From Octopus sinensis (lineage: Eukaryota): DNA of 64,000 nt. The position numbers and the translations under genes were made by a program. The stretch lies in the NCBI RefSeq assembly GCF_006345805.1, contig NC_043012.1, positions 11,408,001-11,472,000 on the forward strand, written 5' to 3'. The notes under the pieces are model-generated. The model worked only from the letters and a program-made list of their open reading frames with translations. It was not told the DNA's origin and made no database searches. Shown here in pieces: positions 14,157 through 27,587 of the stretch (position 1 is its first letter; each line of letters opens with the position of its first letter).

Positions 14157-15162
14157 ATATATTAATATATTAAGATACATTATAATATAGGTGGTCGTAG
14201 CAATTAAATCTAAAAAGGTAAAATTAATAAATGAGGGTAGAAAATAGTATCTGCTAGAAATGAAAGTTCAAATTTAATTCGAACAGCTAAACATGAAATA
14301 TTCGAGACTGCGCGCAGCAAGCTACAACCTCTTTGTTTGGCGAGATAAACTCACAGAATGGAATAGTTTGATGAAATCTTATCACGACATTTTGAAATTT
14401 GATCAATATTTCTTGTTTCTCATCAGAAGTTTTCATAATTACTCCGAGTTAAAGAGAGAGCTTGTCTCCGATTAGTTCGTGAGAAAAACCGTTGAAAGGC
14501 GAGCGCTAAAATTTAAATCGGTTGAAGTATATCGTAAAATTTTAGCGCTCACTTTCTCGTGACTTAATAGGAGGTAGGCTTTCTCTTTAACCCGGAGTAA
14601 TTGTGGAAACCTCTGATGAGAAGCAAGATCATATTGATAAGGTTTTATCAAACTACTTCATTCTGTGAGTTTCTCTCGCCCAAGAAAGATGCAGCTTGCT
14701 TTTGTGTGGCTGTTCAAGTTAAATTTTACTCGCAATTGCAAGGGCTGTTCGGACTTAGCCCGAGTATGAATTTAGTAAAATGAACATGTATTTGCAAGGT
14801 GATTTCTGCAAACACTGACTTTAAGTATTTAATTGCAGCCAAATATCTCGGGCCCCTTTTATTGAGCCTGGCTGCATTTCATTTATTTCCGTTCAGCGTC
14901 TGACGGTCGTCGTAGAGGTGCCCTGTCTCAAAAAAATGTCATTCGTAGCCGACGTTCTCTCAACATCGTTCACACGCGACTGACTCGAGCTCAGAAGTTA
15001 TAGTGAGGCATTCTTTCGTTAAAAGTAGCAAACTTGCTTACTGTTAAATTACCCGAGCATATGTAAGTCTGCGGTGTGCATTACGTCTCTTACCTTCTTT
15101 TCTACGTGTGTCTCATGCGGAATCTGTGATGAGCCCGAGTGAGACTGATGACCTGAAGTCGC

Positions 15163-15200
<38 letters not shown>

Positions 15201-15201
<1 letters not shown>

Positions 15202-15391
15202 TCCTTTACTCCTTTACTTGTTTCAGTCAGCTGACTGCGGCCATGCTGGAGCACCTCCTTTAGTCGAGCAACTCAACCCCGGGACTTATTCTTTGTAAGC
15301 CCAGTACTTATTCTATCGGTGTCTTTTGCCGAACCGCTAAGTGACGGGGACATAAACACACCAGCATCGGTTGTCAAGCGATGAACGGGAA

Positions 15392-15440
<49 letters not shown>

Positions 15441-15599
15441 GTACGACGGGCTCCTTTCAGTTTCCGTCTACCAAATCCACTCACTAGGCTTTGATCGGCC
15501 CAAGGCTATAGAAGATACTTGCCCAAGGTGCCACGCAGTGGGACTGAACCCGGAAGCATGTGGTTGGTAAGCAAGCTACTTACCACACAACCACTCCTG
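15201..15599 (-). mobile_element. SINE family A, full length
   Basis: Reverse complement of the 6948-7358 type. Confidence 0.9.
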
Positions 15600-15625
15600 G
15601 TGTGTATATTTATGTATATACATGC

Positions 15626-15696
<71 letters not shown>

Positions 15697-16670
15697 ACTG
15701 ACACCCAGACTTACACCCAGACACACTCACACAGCCACACACATACATACTTACACACACACTCGCAGGCGCGCGCACATACACGCTTGTGCACGTTCGC
15801 GCACGTATACACGCATGCATGCACCACGCTCGTGGGTGACCGACTAGATCTCCTGTTCGTATCTGGGGCCGGCGCGTGTCTTTGGGTTCCCCCACGCCTG
15901 TCGCCGCGGGACCACTCTTCCATCTTTCCCTCAGCTGCAGTTTTTATTCCTTAATAACCCCCCCTTTTTTGTACACACACGCACACACATACACACACCC
16001 ACTCACACACACACATTTGCATATATATATACATTACACTTACACACACTTCAAATTTACTTGCCATACACACAACTACGCACACTGGATACACACACAC
16101 TACCACTCAACACACACACTGGCACGTTACATACGCCCCCACCCTTTCCCTCCTTCCCTTCTTCCCTCCTTCCTCCTTTTTTTTTACCACTGACCACTCA
16201 CTTGAGACTTGCTATGTCAAACACGCACACACACATACCTCCCTGTTTCTGATCTGCCTTTCTGACTTGCTAGGGTACCCCCACACCACTCCTTTAATTC
16301 TACTACTGCCTGCTACTAGCCATTGTCCACCATACACACACATACACACACACGCACACACTCACACACACACCCTTGTCATCTCGCACACCTTTTTTAC
16401 CATTCCCTCATTGATTCAGCTCTCCTGTTTTTAAAAAACATTTTCCTCCTTTTTTACCACTTCCGTCTTTTTAGTATGTGACCTCGTGAAGACTACCTGC
16501 AATTTTTTTTCCTCTGTCCTCCCGTCTCGGGATCTTTCTTTCTCCTATGTTTCCGACGAAGAGCTCCGCTCGAAACGTCATACCCTCTTCCATTTTCCTG
16601 AGCGCCTAATAATAATAATACTGTAATTGTTCCACGTGTTGTTGTTTTTTCTGTTTTCCCGTTTGGATTA

Positions 16671-16748
<78 letters not shown>

Positions 16749-17689
16749 GCCTCTGTGTGTGTAGTATAGGAAAATAATAAATGCTTGCGACATCTGCGAT
16801 CAACGAAACTTGCGTTATGTTAATGGGGAATTTTAATTTATATGACGTATGAACTCTGGTATTAAAATGCATATGAGTACTTATCTGTGTGTATAGAGAG
16901 AGTGTGTGTGTGTGTGTGCGTGTCTGTCTGTGTGCGTCCGTATTTGAGGAAGATACGTTTATTCATTTCCGTCAATGCATATATTACATGCGCATTTCAT
17001 TGAGCATATGTGACCGAAAATGTGTGTATGTACACGTTTAAGTATGTATACATGTTAGTAATTCCGCGTGAGAGAGAGAGAGAGTATGGGGTGAATGTAT
17101 ATGGATGTGTATGTTTGTGTCTGTATGTATGTGCGTATGTGAGTGTATATGTATCTGTATATATATATATATATATATCTCCACATGTAGCTGTGTTTGT
17201 GTATATAAAATATATCCTTTATGCTTACGAAGCTAACCTACACTTAAAGGGAGTTGCAGATGTAATTCAGAGGAAATTAACATTCCATATTGTTTGAAAT
17301 GTGACACGTTCAAATCCAAAGAACCCAGTTTTCGGCATTATGATTACGTTCCAATCATCATTATTTTGCCTATTATACACTTAGAGAAAACCAAACAAGT
17401 CACAATTTCTCTTAAATATCAACAGGATTTCGGGTCTTGAAATTTTGCATTGTTGTTGTAGTTGTTGTTGTTGTTGCTGCTGCTGCTGTTGTTATTGTTG
17501 TTGTTGCTGCTGCTGTTGCTGTTGAGCGCTATTGCTATTGAGCGAAGCGGTTTTCGTCCCAGTGGGAGAAGTTCGAAACGTGCTCCTTTGCTATTCGTAA
17601 GACCCGCAGAAGAGAAAGCAGGTCCAACCCCCGACACCGAGAGCATCGACGGAGGGATGAATGCGCATCCAGGCTCAGCGGTTGCGTAG

Positions 17690-17898
17690 GAAGTCGGGGA
17701 CAAGAAACAGGAAGAAAGAGTGAGAGAAAGTTATGGGCGACAGAGTACAACAGGGGTCGCCACCACCCCCCTGCCGGAGCCTCGGGGAGCTTTTAGGTGT
17801 TTTCGCTCAATAAACACACACAACGCCCGGTCTGAGAATCGAAACCGCGTTCCTCCGACCGCGAGTCCGCTGCCCTAACCATTGGGCCATTGCGCCTC
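17690..17898 (-). mobile_element. tRNA-Arg-like SINE (family B)
   Basis: Reverse complement ggcgcaatggcccaatggttagggcagcggactcgcggtcggaggaacgcggtttcgattc: tRNA-like head with TCG at the anticodon position; same family as 28941-29240. Confidence 0.8.
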
Positions 17899-19311
17899 CT
17901 GCTGCTGGTGTTGTTGTTGTTGTTGCTACTGCTGCTGTGTTGTTGATGTTGTTTATGGCTTCAAATGCAAATGCTGAATGCCGGTAGCGATGTTATGGGT
18001 GTTGAAGCAGCTCAAGATAAACGCTTCACTTTCATTAATTTTCAATGAAATATTCACATCTGGCTGGCAGCTGACCTCCACATCGCTACACCATTTTTTG
18101 TTTGTTTTTGTTTTTGCTTTCCCTTGTACTCAATCCTTTTAAATATGCAGCTGCTACCACAGCTGTTGTTGTTGTTTGTGGTGGTGGTGTTTTTGTCGAT
18201 GATGTTGATGATAATGATGATTAGCCCCAAGACGTCCCTGATCAAGCAACCCTCTGACAATAAGAATTGAAACCATGAACATCCTTTCTATCGCTTCGTT
18301 TTTTTTTCTTTTTTAGATGCAGTGTATCAAAGACAACATTATCTAATGTGACCTTGTTGTTTTATAAAGCTAGAATTTATTTGAGGGCGATCTGTATGCT
18401 ATTTCTCACAAGTCGAAGCACCTTTTAGACAGGTAGGGCATACCTCACCCCAATTAATGGGAAAATTTCATCCATACGTTTCGTTTTGGGATTTGGTTTG
18501 CAAGATTCTTTACATGAGTTCGTGTATTGAAGCATATTCTGTTGTGTCTGGGGAGAGTCATTTTCTTTTTGTGCCTTATAATGTAAAATTTCCACTTCTT
18601 TCTTATTTTTATTTTCCTAAAATTTTCGTTGCGTCTTGCAACCTTTTCAATAGTCATCCATATGCTAATTAAAAATCACTTACTGGCAAAGTCAGAAAAA
18701 TATCTAATCTTAAAGATCAAACAATAATTTAGTTTAATTTACATATTTATGAATTTATGAAATTAAAAATTCTATATTTTCTCGGCACAGTAGCGCTCTC
18801 CCAGGTTCAGTGTTTTATGTAGTTCACCCTTGAAACTTAATTGGTTCACCAGTTTTTACATCAAGTTGTCTTCATTCGTTCCGTGTTTCTCGTTTTGTAC
18901 TCTTCAGTAACAAAAAAAGGAAGTATAATTAATTGTTGCTGTTTAGTGTTGTGCTTGTTGTTTAATCCCCATGTGAACCCGGATCGAATGGGTCTATAGC
19001 TTTAACGACTATCATAGGACTATCATCAAACAGGCCTATGATAGTCATTCCAGCTATGGCTAAGCTGTATTCTTTTTTGTCTACCAAGACTTAAATTATT
19101 TAGTGTGTTCTTCCCGTTTTTAAGGCAGTCGTGAGCGTTTTGAGGAAAGACTAGGCAGTTATATCTAGCATGTCTAACAACTACGTAGAGCTCTTCCTGT
19201 AAGCTTGTAGTTCCATGTTGTGACCACAGTGAAGGGAGTTGGTGACAGAAACTCAGTCGATTAAGGACAGTTGCTCATCCTCCTTTGATGGTCTACTCTC
19301 TCACTCTCTCT

Positions 19312-19703
19312 CTCTTTTACTCTTTTACTTGTTTCAGTCATTTTACTTTGGCTATTCTGGAGCACCGCCTTTAGTCGAGCAAATCGACCCCAGGACATAT
19401 TCTTTGTAAGCCTACTACTTATTCTATCGGTCACTTCTGCCGCACCGCTAACTTACGGGGTCGTAAACACACCAGCATCGGTTGTCAAGCGATGTTGGGG
19501 AGACAAACACATACACACACATATATATATATACATACATACATATATACGACGGGCTTGTTTCAGTTTCCGTCTACCAAATCCACTCACAAGGCTTTGG
19601 TCGGCCTGAGGCTATAGTAGAAGACACTTGCCAAAGTGTCACGCAGTAGGACTGAACCCGGAAGCATGTGGTTGGTAAGCAAGCTACTTACCACACAGCC
19701 ACT
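19312..19703 (-). mobile_element. SINE family A, full length
   Basis: Reverse complement of the 6948-7358 type. Confidence 0.9.
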
Positions 19704-20662
19704 GTGGTAAGTAAATTTCCGTTGATCGAAGTTCACCAAGTCATATTCGGGAGAAATCTCTAAGTCCATACCGATAAACTAAACAAAATATTCATTAATT
19801 ATAGACTGATTCGACCGCTGCTTATAATGGCAAGTTTATTCTCTTACCATGGTTCATATTTACTGTTAACTTAGGATCTTTTCCTTTTGATAGCCAGATT
19901 TCAACACAATTTCTAGTTAACTAAACAATTTGAAATTTCGTATACTGGTAGACTGTGTCAAAAGAAAACATTATTTTCACTTGGGTTTTTTGATAAATTT
20001 GTAATTTGTAAGTTTAACGTAGTTTAATTCTTCGAATTTTAACCAGGAAAAGATCCTTAACTTATGTTCACCGACAAAGACATTCGGCTGGTAAATCGAT
20101 GATGTGAAAGAAGCAAAAAAAAAAAACATACCAATTCACAACCTGCGAAGATGTTATCCTATCGATCGGTCGGTTGTGACTTTGTAAACTTCTTTCGTAC
20201 AACGTACACTATTGAATTGAATAATGTTTACTATAGAATAGGGTTCGGCAGGCACTACCTTATGTCCGATTAAACGTTGTTTTTTGTCGCTTGAACAAAT
20301 TACTTTATGTCTTTCAATATTTATATCAAGTAGAGTCACAACCCAACAAAAAACTTCGTGCTAAATGGAAATAAACTCGACGTTTATTGTTCTGGAGGAG
20401 GGGATGATAGAATAAGTACCATTGAAGAAATAAGTACCATTGAAGGAACGTAAAAAGGATCAAATGAGTTATGTCTTTTCTCGCAAAATCTGCCTTTAAA
20501 CCTTTCATGGAAAAAAGTCGATATGTATTTTTGTGTTATTTCCTTTGTAGCAAATCTCCCACAAAGCAACAAAGCTTCTTTTATTTGGGCTCTTTTTTGT
20601 TTTGTTTTTGTATAGAGTCAATCGTTTGTAACCATATTTACATATTAACAATAACGCTACCA

Positions 20663-20696
<34 letters not shown>

Positions 20697-21384
20697 AAAC
20701 AACAACAACATCAATACTACAACCGCCACCACTACCACCGCTGCCGCCGCTACCACAATCGCCGTCGCTACCCCCCCCCCACCACCACTACCACTATCAC
20801 CACCACACCCATCACCACCACCAACAACAACAACAGCAATAGCATCATCATCATCATGATCATCAAAAATAACCATCAATGTTGCCAGCACCGCACCAAC
20901 TGCTCTCACAACTCCGAGCATTTTTTTTCTGTTTTTGCAATTTCCCCCCTTTTTTTTCTTACAAATAATGATTTCTTGCATAAGCACAAGGATAGGTGGA
21001 CGAGGATAATCTTTAAAAGGGAAGAGGGTCTTAGGAAACTGAATCGATGTTGTGCACATTAGTAATCTTTCTTACGGTAATTTTTGTGGGATTTCAATTC
21101 AGTTGTAAGAAGGGCAAAAACCAAACTCCATTACTACAAAATGGTAAGGATGGTGTTCTACCGCTTCTGCCTTTCACACATCTTGAAATATTAAAAGACC
21201 AGAGTTGTTCGAGGCCTACAGAGAGAAACAAACGAACAAATATCCACACGAGTCAGCGACGGAGCTTCAACGTGGTCACTGAACTTACTGGAAATAGCAG
21301 TGAAATATCTTCCAAATGTCGTACACTCTTCGGTCAATAAGTAAGAAAAAGAATATACCAGATAGTATCGCCATGATACTAGCG

Positions 21385-21780
21385 GTGTCATATGAAATTG
21401 TCACCCATAATTATGACCCTAGAATCGATCTATTACATTTCAATCTATTTTAGATTTAGGGTTAGTTAGAGTTAGGGTCAGGGGTGGGGGAAGGGTATCT
21501 TTTTTTTTTCACAAATGTAAATAAACCCAATCTGTTTCTTAAACGAGGGACATATTCAAATGTAACAGAATGCTTTCACCTCAATAGACGGTCATTGATT
21601 GGTTAAAATTGCCGAAATGCAAGAAATTAAAGACGAAATATGTTACAAACTACAGAATTTTCTCAAGAAAGCCAAGAGAAAATGATGTTTTATAAACACA
21701 TTCTACCAGTATACGAAGTTTAAAATATTTTAGTTACCTCGAAATTATGTTAAAAACTGCCGTTCAAACCGAAAAGATCC
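21385..21780 (+). mobile_element. MITE, 5'-truncated copy of the 27167-27587 element
   Basis: Shares the body gtgtcatatgaaattgtcacccataattatgaccctag... and the 3' TIR aaaactgccgttcaaaccgaaaagatcc. Confidence 0.85.
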
Positions 21781-22002
21781 CAGGCTCGCTCCTCCCTATT
21801 CAGGGAGGTCGGCGGAACGATCTTAGAGAGAGAGTAATTGAGAGATGAGCAAGTGGTGTGGCTGAAAGAATGCAGTAATGACCAACAGGAGACGAATAAC
21901 GAAAGCAAAGGCTTAGAGATTTGGTACCTGGAAAGGTTATTACTAACATGGTACCACACTTCTATGAATTTTCTCTGAATTATTATTACTTAACCGCAGG
22001 AG

Positions 22003-22350
22003 GAGGCGAGCTGGCAGAATTGTTAGTGTGTCGGGCAAAATTCTTAGCAGCATTTCGTCCGTCTTTACGTTTCGAGTTCAAATTCCGGTGCGATCGACTA
22101 TGCTTTTCATCCTTCTAAGGTCGAAGTACCTGTCGAGCACTGGTAATTGATTAGACTCCTCCCCCAAATTTTCAGGCCTTGTGCCTATAGTAGAAAGGAT
22201 TATTATTTAACCGCAGGGCGGTGGGTCAGCAGAATCACTAGAAGATTGGAAAAAAATACCTTGAAGTATTTGTTTCGCCTCTTGACATTCTGAGTTCAAA
22301 TCTCACCTAAGTTAAATTTGCTTTCATTCCTCAGAAGTCGATAAAATGAA
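22003..22350 (+). mobile_element. Two degenerate SINE copies (family D, ggcgagctggcagaa head)
   Basis: Head ggcgagctggcagaattgttag and B-box-like gagttcaaattcc; related copies at 54525-54760 (+) and 26100-26230 (-). Confidence 0.65.
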
Positions 22351-23579
22351 AAAAATTAAAAATATACAGTTCTCTCTAAGATCGTTCCTCCGACCTCCTT
22401 GAATAGGGAGGAGCGAGCTCGGTAGGTGCTGTTGCGAAAGAGGTAGTATGGAAGACGAGTGTGAAAGGAATTGCAACAGGCATGTTTATCTCCAGTCTCG
22501 AGCTAATCGACTTTTTCGTTTTCCACACGAAACGGAAAATAAGTTCTGGGATTGATTTAGCCCAGTAACCTTTTTCTCCAGACTTCTGGCCTTGTAATCT
22601 ATACTAGAAGCAATTATCTCGTAACCGCCGTTAGACCGGCAAAATGAATATTCCGGCACAAATCTCCACCCAAAGATTCCAGTAAATCGGTGGTCTGCTA
22701 TATATCATCCGAATGGTACATTTTGAATCAATTTCATATTTAATTTTACTTCCGTTCAAAGAAATCTTCAATTATAGTTTTAATACATTTCTTTTTTTCA
22801 GCAGCTGTTGTTGTTGTTGTTGTTGTTGGTATTAACATGAATGAATTTTAAATAAATCTAATTAACAATAATACCAAGATAATTAATAGTAATTAATTAG
22901 TTAATTAGGTCAATCTAATTTCATAGATATTTTGCCGAATTACAATCTGCCATTTCCCACGATTTAAACATTTGTCTGTTACCCCCCACCCCACCTCACA
23001 ACGCACTAACTTTCTCTCTTTCTCTCTCTCCCTCTCAAGCATGCACACACACACACACACACACACATACACATACACACACATACACAAAGACAAACAC
23101 GCAAATACACAACAAAAATTGGCAGCGAGTCTCAAAATAGCCGTTTGATGTGCTAGAAATAACAGCTAAATCTTTCTCAAATCGTACCAGTTGAGTAGAT
23201 CTGACTAATATAGTCCTAAATGCATAATATCCCAAAATATGACGGAATGGTCATAGCTGGAACACTTTTGATTACAGATTTACACACATATATACACATA
23301 CATTCGCACACGTACTGACAAATCTCTACGAATATTTAAACATACACATTCATCATTGTGTTACAAAAATTCACTCACATACACCCTCACACAATGTATA
23401 CGTACACCGAAACACTACTTTTCAATGTAAATATCATAATACATGAATATATGTGTATAATATGTATGTATATTTATCTATGCGCGCATATGTGTGTAAA
23501 TATACAAGCACATACAAATATACAGACACTCACACATATAACTATATGTGTGTGTGCGTGTGTGTATGTATATATATAT

Positions 23580-23589
23580 ATAGATAGAT

Positions 23590-23661
<72 letters not shown>

Positions 23662-23676
23662 TGATTGATTGATATT

Positions 23677-23727
<51 letters not shown>

Positions 23728-23750
23728 GTAGATAGATAGATAGATAGATA
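23580..23750. repeat. (AGAT)n/(AGAA)n microsatellite
   Basis: Direct repeat. Confidence 0.95.
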
Positions 23751-24413
23751 GGTTTAAGAAACAGAATCACACTTAAGCAACTCAATCATCATTGAACGAC
23801 ATTATCCCATTATACACGTTAGGTACATATAGGACTAAGTATTAGAATGATCAAAATTAATACCTCAATTCTTATTCTAAATCATATACTATACATACAC
23901 GCGTTTCATGACAACATATTCCCCTGCTGATGTAGAAGGTCTCAAATACCATATTATAACGATTATATTGCCAATCTTCAGGTCTAGATTATATGAACTT
24001 ATTTTGCTATTTACATCCTATATAAAGGCATTACAAACTAAAATTATATAACTAGAAGTTATCGGAATAATTTTATTTTAGTAAATAATGAACAGAAGTC
24101 TATACAATGCAACGTATATGATTTAGAATAAGAATTGAAGGTATTGATTTTGATAATTTTAATATTTAGTCCTATAATATTTAGTACCTATCGTGGATAA
24201 TGTCGTTCAATGATAATTGAGTTGCTTGAGGGTGATTCTGTCTCTTAAACCTATTTATATATGTATATAATACAGTAAAGTTCTCTCCCTTGTGGACTTG
24301 GAAATAACTTCCCTAATATTAATTATGTTTTACAATAATCTCAACTAGAATGACCCGTTTGTCTTTTTGTTCGTCCCTTCGTGTATTTCACGTTATTTAT
24401 TTATGTAAAGGTT

Positions 24414-24464
<51 letters not shown>

Positions 24465-24484
24465 GGTATGTATACATACTATAC

Positions 24485-24516
<32 letters not shown>

Positions 24517-24885
24517 CAGTTGTATACAGTCAACTTAACGTGACAGTCCCATAAAGGGAATTACACCACCACTATTTAGCCCTAGGAAGCATCAACGCTT
24601 CCTGTCGGCCTTGACACATTTCCTGTGTCCTTATGTTTACAAAGGGGAGACAAGCACCCCCAACAGCTAGGCCTGCATCCAGATGCTCTCTCGTTCCACC
24701 ACTACTTATATCTCTCTGAGATATTTAAAAATTTAATATTTATAATAATAATAATAATAATAATATAATGATAACATATATATATATAATATATATATAT
24801 ATGCATATATATATATATTATATATATATATATTTGTATATATATGTATATATATGTATATATTATGTATATATATATGTATATA

Positions 24886-24944
<59 letters not shown>

Positions 24945-25025
24945 TATATATATACCGGAGTAAACACATAAATGTGAAACAAGGTGGAAAAAAGAGTACT
25001 CAAATACCAGTGGTAGAGTAATATG

Positions 25026-25174
25026 CTTTATTTAAAGCAGCAGAAAATTCAACAAAATCTGTTACTCTGAGTTTCCCGTTGCCGTTCGTCGGACAGTTTT
25101 TAAAACTGTCCGACGAACGGCAACGGAAACTCAGAGTAACAGGTTTTGTTGAATTTTCTGCTGCTTTAAATAAA

Positions 25175-25175
<1 letters not shown>
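25026..25175. repeat. Near-perfect palindrome, arms about 75 bp
   Basis: ctttatttaaagcagcag...gtcggacagtttt|t|aaaactgtccgac...ctgctgctttaaataaag. Confidence 0.95.
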
Positions 25176-25229
<54 letters not shown>

Positions 25230-26334
25230 CATACATACATACATATATATTGCGCAGGAGTGGCTGCATGGTAAGTAGCTTGCTTACCAACCACATGGTG
25301 GTGGTGCTGCTGCTGGTGGTAGTGGTGCTAGTGGTTGGAAGTGATGTTGACAATAGGGAGGAGGAGCGATGGTTGTGGTTGTTGGGGATGATGGTTATGA
25401 TGATGTGATGGTAGTAGTGGTGGTGGTGGTGTTGGTGGAGGAGGAGGAGAGGAAGTCTGGTGGTGGTGGTGGTGGTTGGGGATGATGACGACGAAAATGG
25501 CAACGACGACGACGACGACGACGATGATGATGCCGTTATGGTGGTGGTGGTGGTGGTGGTGGTAGTGATGATGGTAATGATGATAATGATGATTCTTACA
25601 CGACCGACTTTCTCTTGTAAACCCCAAAATTTGTTTTTCGTGTATTGCACCGTCACAATAAGTAGCATGAGATTATTCATTTCCTTCCATTTTATTTCTG
25701 AGAATGATAAATTCACAAATTTACATACAATCACTGAAGAATATATTTCATTAAATCGACTCCAGTACTTCTCGGCTATTTATTTTAACTCTGCAATTAT
25801 GAAGAACAAACTCTTAACCTGACTGAGCTTGAACTTTCGGACAGTCGACTTAATCCGTAGACCTACTTCATTCCGACGCCTGGACCTCGGATGACGTGGG
25901 TAGAATTCGTTGCGTAATAAATATTCGAGACAGATCTTCAGTCTAATGATGCTTCCATCGCAGCAATCTAAGACACCCTTGAAAGGGATCATAAGCAGTG
26001 CGTTTCCGCTTCTAATAAAATGCGAAAATGAATTTTTAAAAAAGTCCTCTAAGGCGTTTGAAAGGTGACGTTTAGTCTTGGTTTCACATTTTTACACAAG
26101 GCCAGCAACTTCGGCAAAGGGGTTGACTTGATTACATCGACTCCAGTGTTCAACTGATGCTTAGCTTAACGACCCCGAAAGGATGAAATGCAAAGTCGAC
26201 CTCGGTAGAATTTAAACACTGCGCGAAACGATTAAGGGAAATAACTCTATAAACATTTCGCAAAATAGTTACATCATCTCCCTTTAAAACTTTTCGTAGC
26301 CCAGTTTGTGGAAGAAATAGCACACACACACATA

Positions 26335-26349
26335 ATTATTATTATTATA

Positions 26350-26393
<44 letters not shown>

Positions 26394-26400
26394 TAATAAT

Positions 26401-26440
<40 letters not shown>

Positions 26441-26441
26441 T

Positions 26442-26474
<33 letters not shown>

Positions 26475-26503
26475 AATAATAATAATAATTAATAATAATA
26501 ATA

Positions 26504-26562
<59 letters not shown>

Positions 26563-26637
26563 TTAATAATAATAACAATAACAACAACAACAACAACAAT
26601 AATAATAATGATAATAATAATAATAATAATAATAATA

Positions 26638-26670
<33 letters not shown>
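26335..26670. repeat. Long (AAT)n microsatellite
   Basis: About 330 bp of aat with short aac interruptions. Confidence 0.97.
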
Positions 26671-27166
26671 AATTATTGTATACAGTGCTCAGGGGCACCA
26701 CAACTTGTCAAAAGTGCATATAAAGTATATGCAGTAATGTACAAATGTCTGGAAAGCGAACAGTGTATGAGTCAGGTACATGCTTGCGTATGTGTATGGA
26801 GGGGAGAAAAATCAGGTGTAGTGTTGGCGTCAGGTGAATTATAGTCGACGCTCAAAGGTTTAGCCTTGTCTTATACGGTTTCATGTTTGAGAATTACGTG
26901 AAGTGTATACATGTCTGTGGTATACATGATCATTTAACGAGTAAATAGTTCAGTCGTTGAGTTGATCCAATAAACTGAACATCCATGATGGAAACAGGCA
27001 TGAATGTGTGTGTGTGTGTGCATGCTTGTATGCATCCATGTGTGCAGAGAGAAAAAGAGAGACAGTCAGATGAGGAGAAAGAGAGATACCATCCAACTGT
27101 CCATTATTTTGGTGTTGAGTTCCAGACAAATTCAGATTGATGCCATAAATATCTGTAAATAATGTA

Positions 27167-27587
27167 GGATCTTTTCGGTTTGAACGGCAGTTTTTTCTAG
27201 AGGTGTCATATGAAATTGTCACCCATAATTATGACCCTAGTATCGATCTATTGCATTTCAATGTTTTAGGGTTAGGGTTAGGGGTGGGGGAAGGGTATCT
27301 TTTTTTTTTCTTCAGAAATGTAAATAAACCCAATCTGTTTCTTAAACGAGGGACAAATTCATACGGCACAGAATGTTTTCACCTCAATAGACGTCATTGA
27401 TTGGTTGAAATTGCAGAAACTGAAAAAAACCCCCAAAAAACAAATATCTTACAAACTATAGAATTTTCTCAATAAAGCCAAGAGAAAAAGATGTTTTATA
27501 AACACATTCTACCAGTATACGAAGTTTAAAGGGGTTTAGCTAAGTGGGAATTATTTTTAAAAACTGCCGTTCAAACCGAAAAGATCC
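27167..27587 (+). mobile_element. Complete MITE with 28-bp TIRs
   Basis: ggatcttttcggtttgaacggcagtttt ... aaaactgccgttcaaaccgaaaagatcc; contains an internal short ttaggg run. Confidence 0.9.

Noticed and set aside
27265-27285. TTAGGG telomeric repeats (also 21455-21480 and 54832-54846)
   Set aside because: Only 2-3 units, internal to MITEs.
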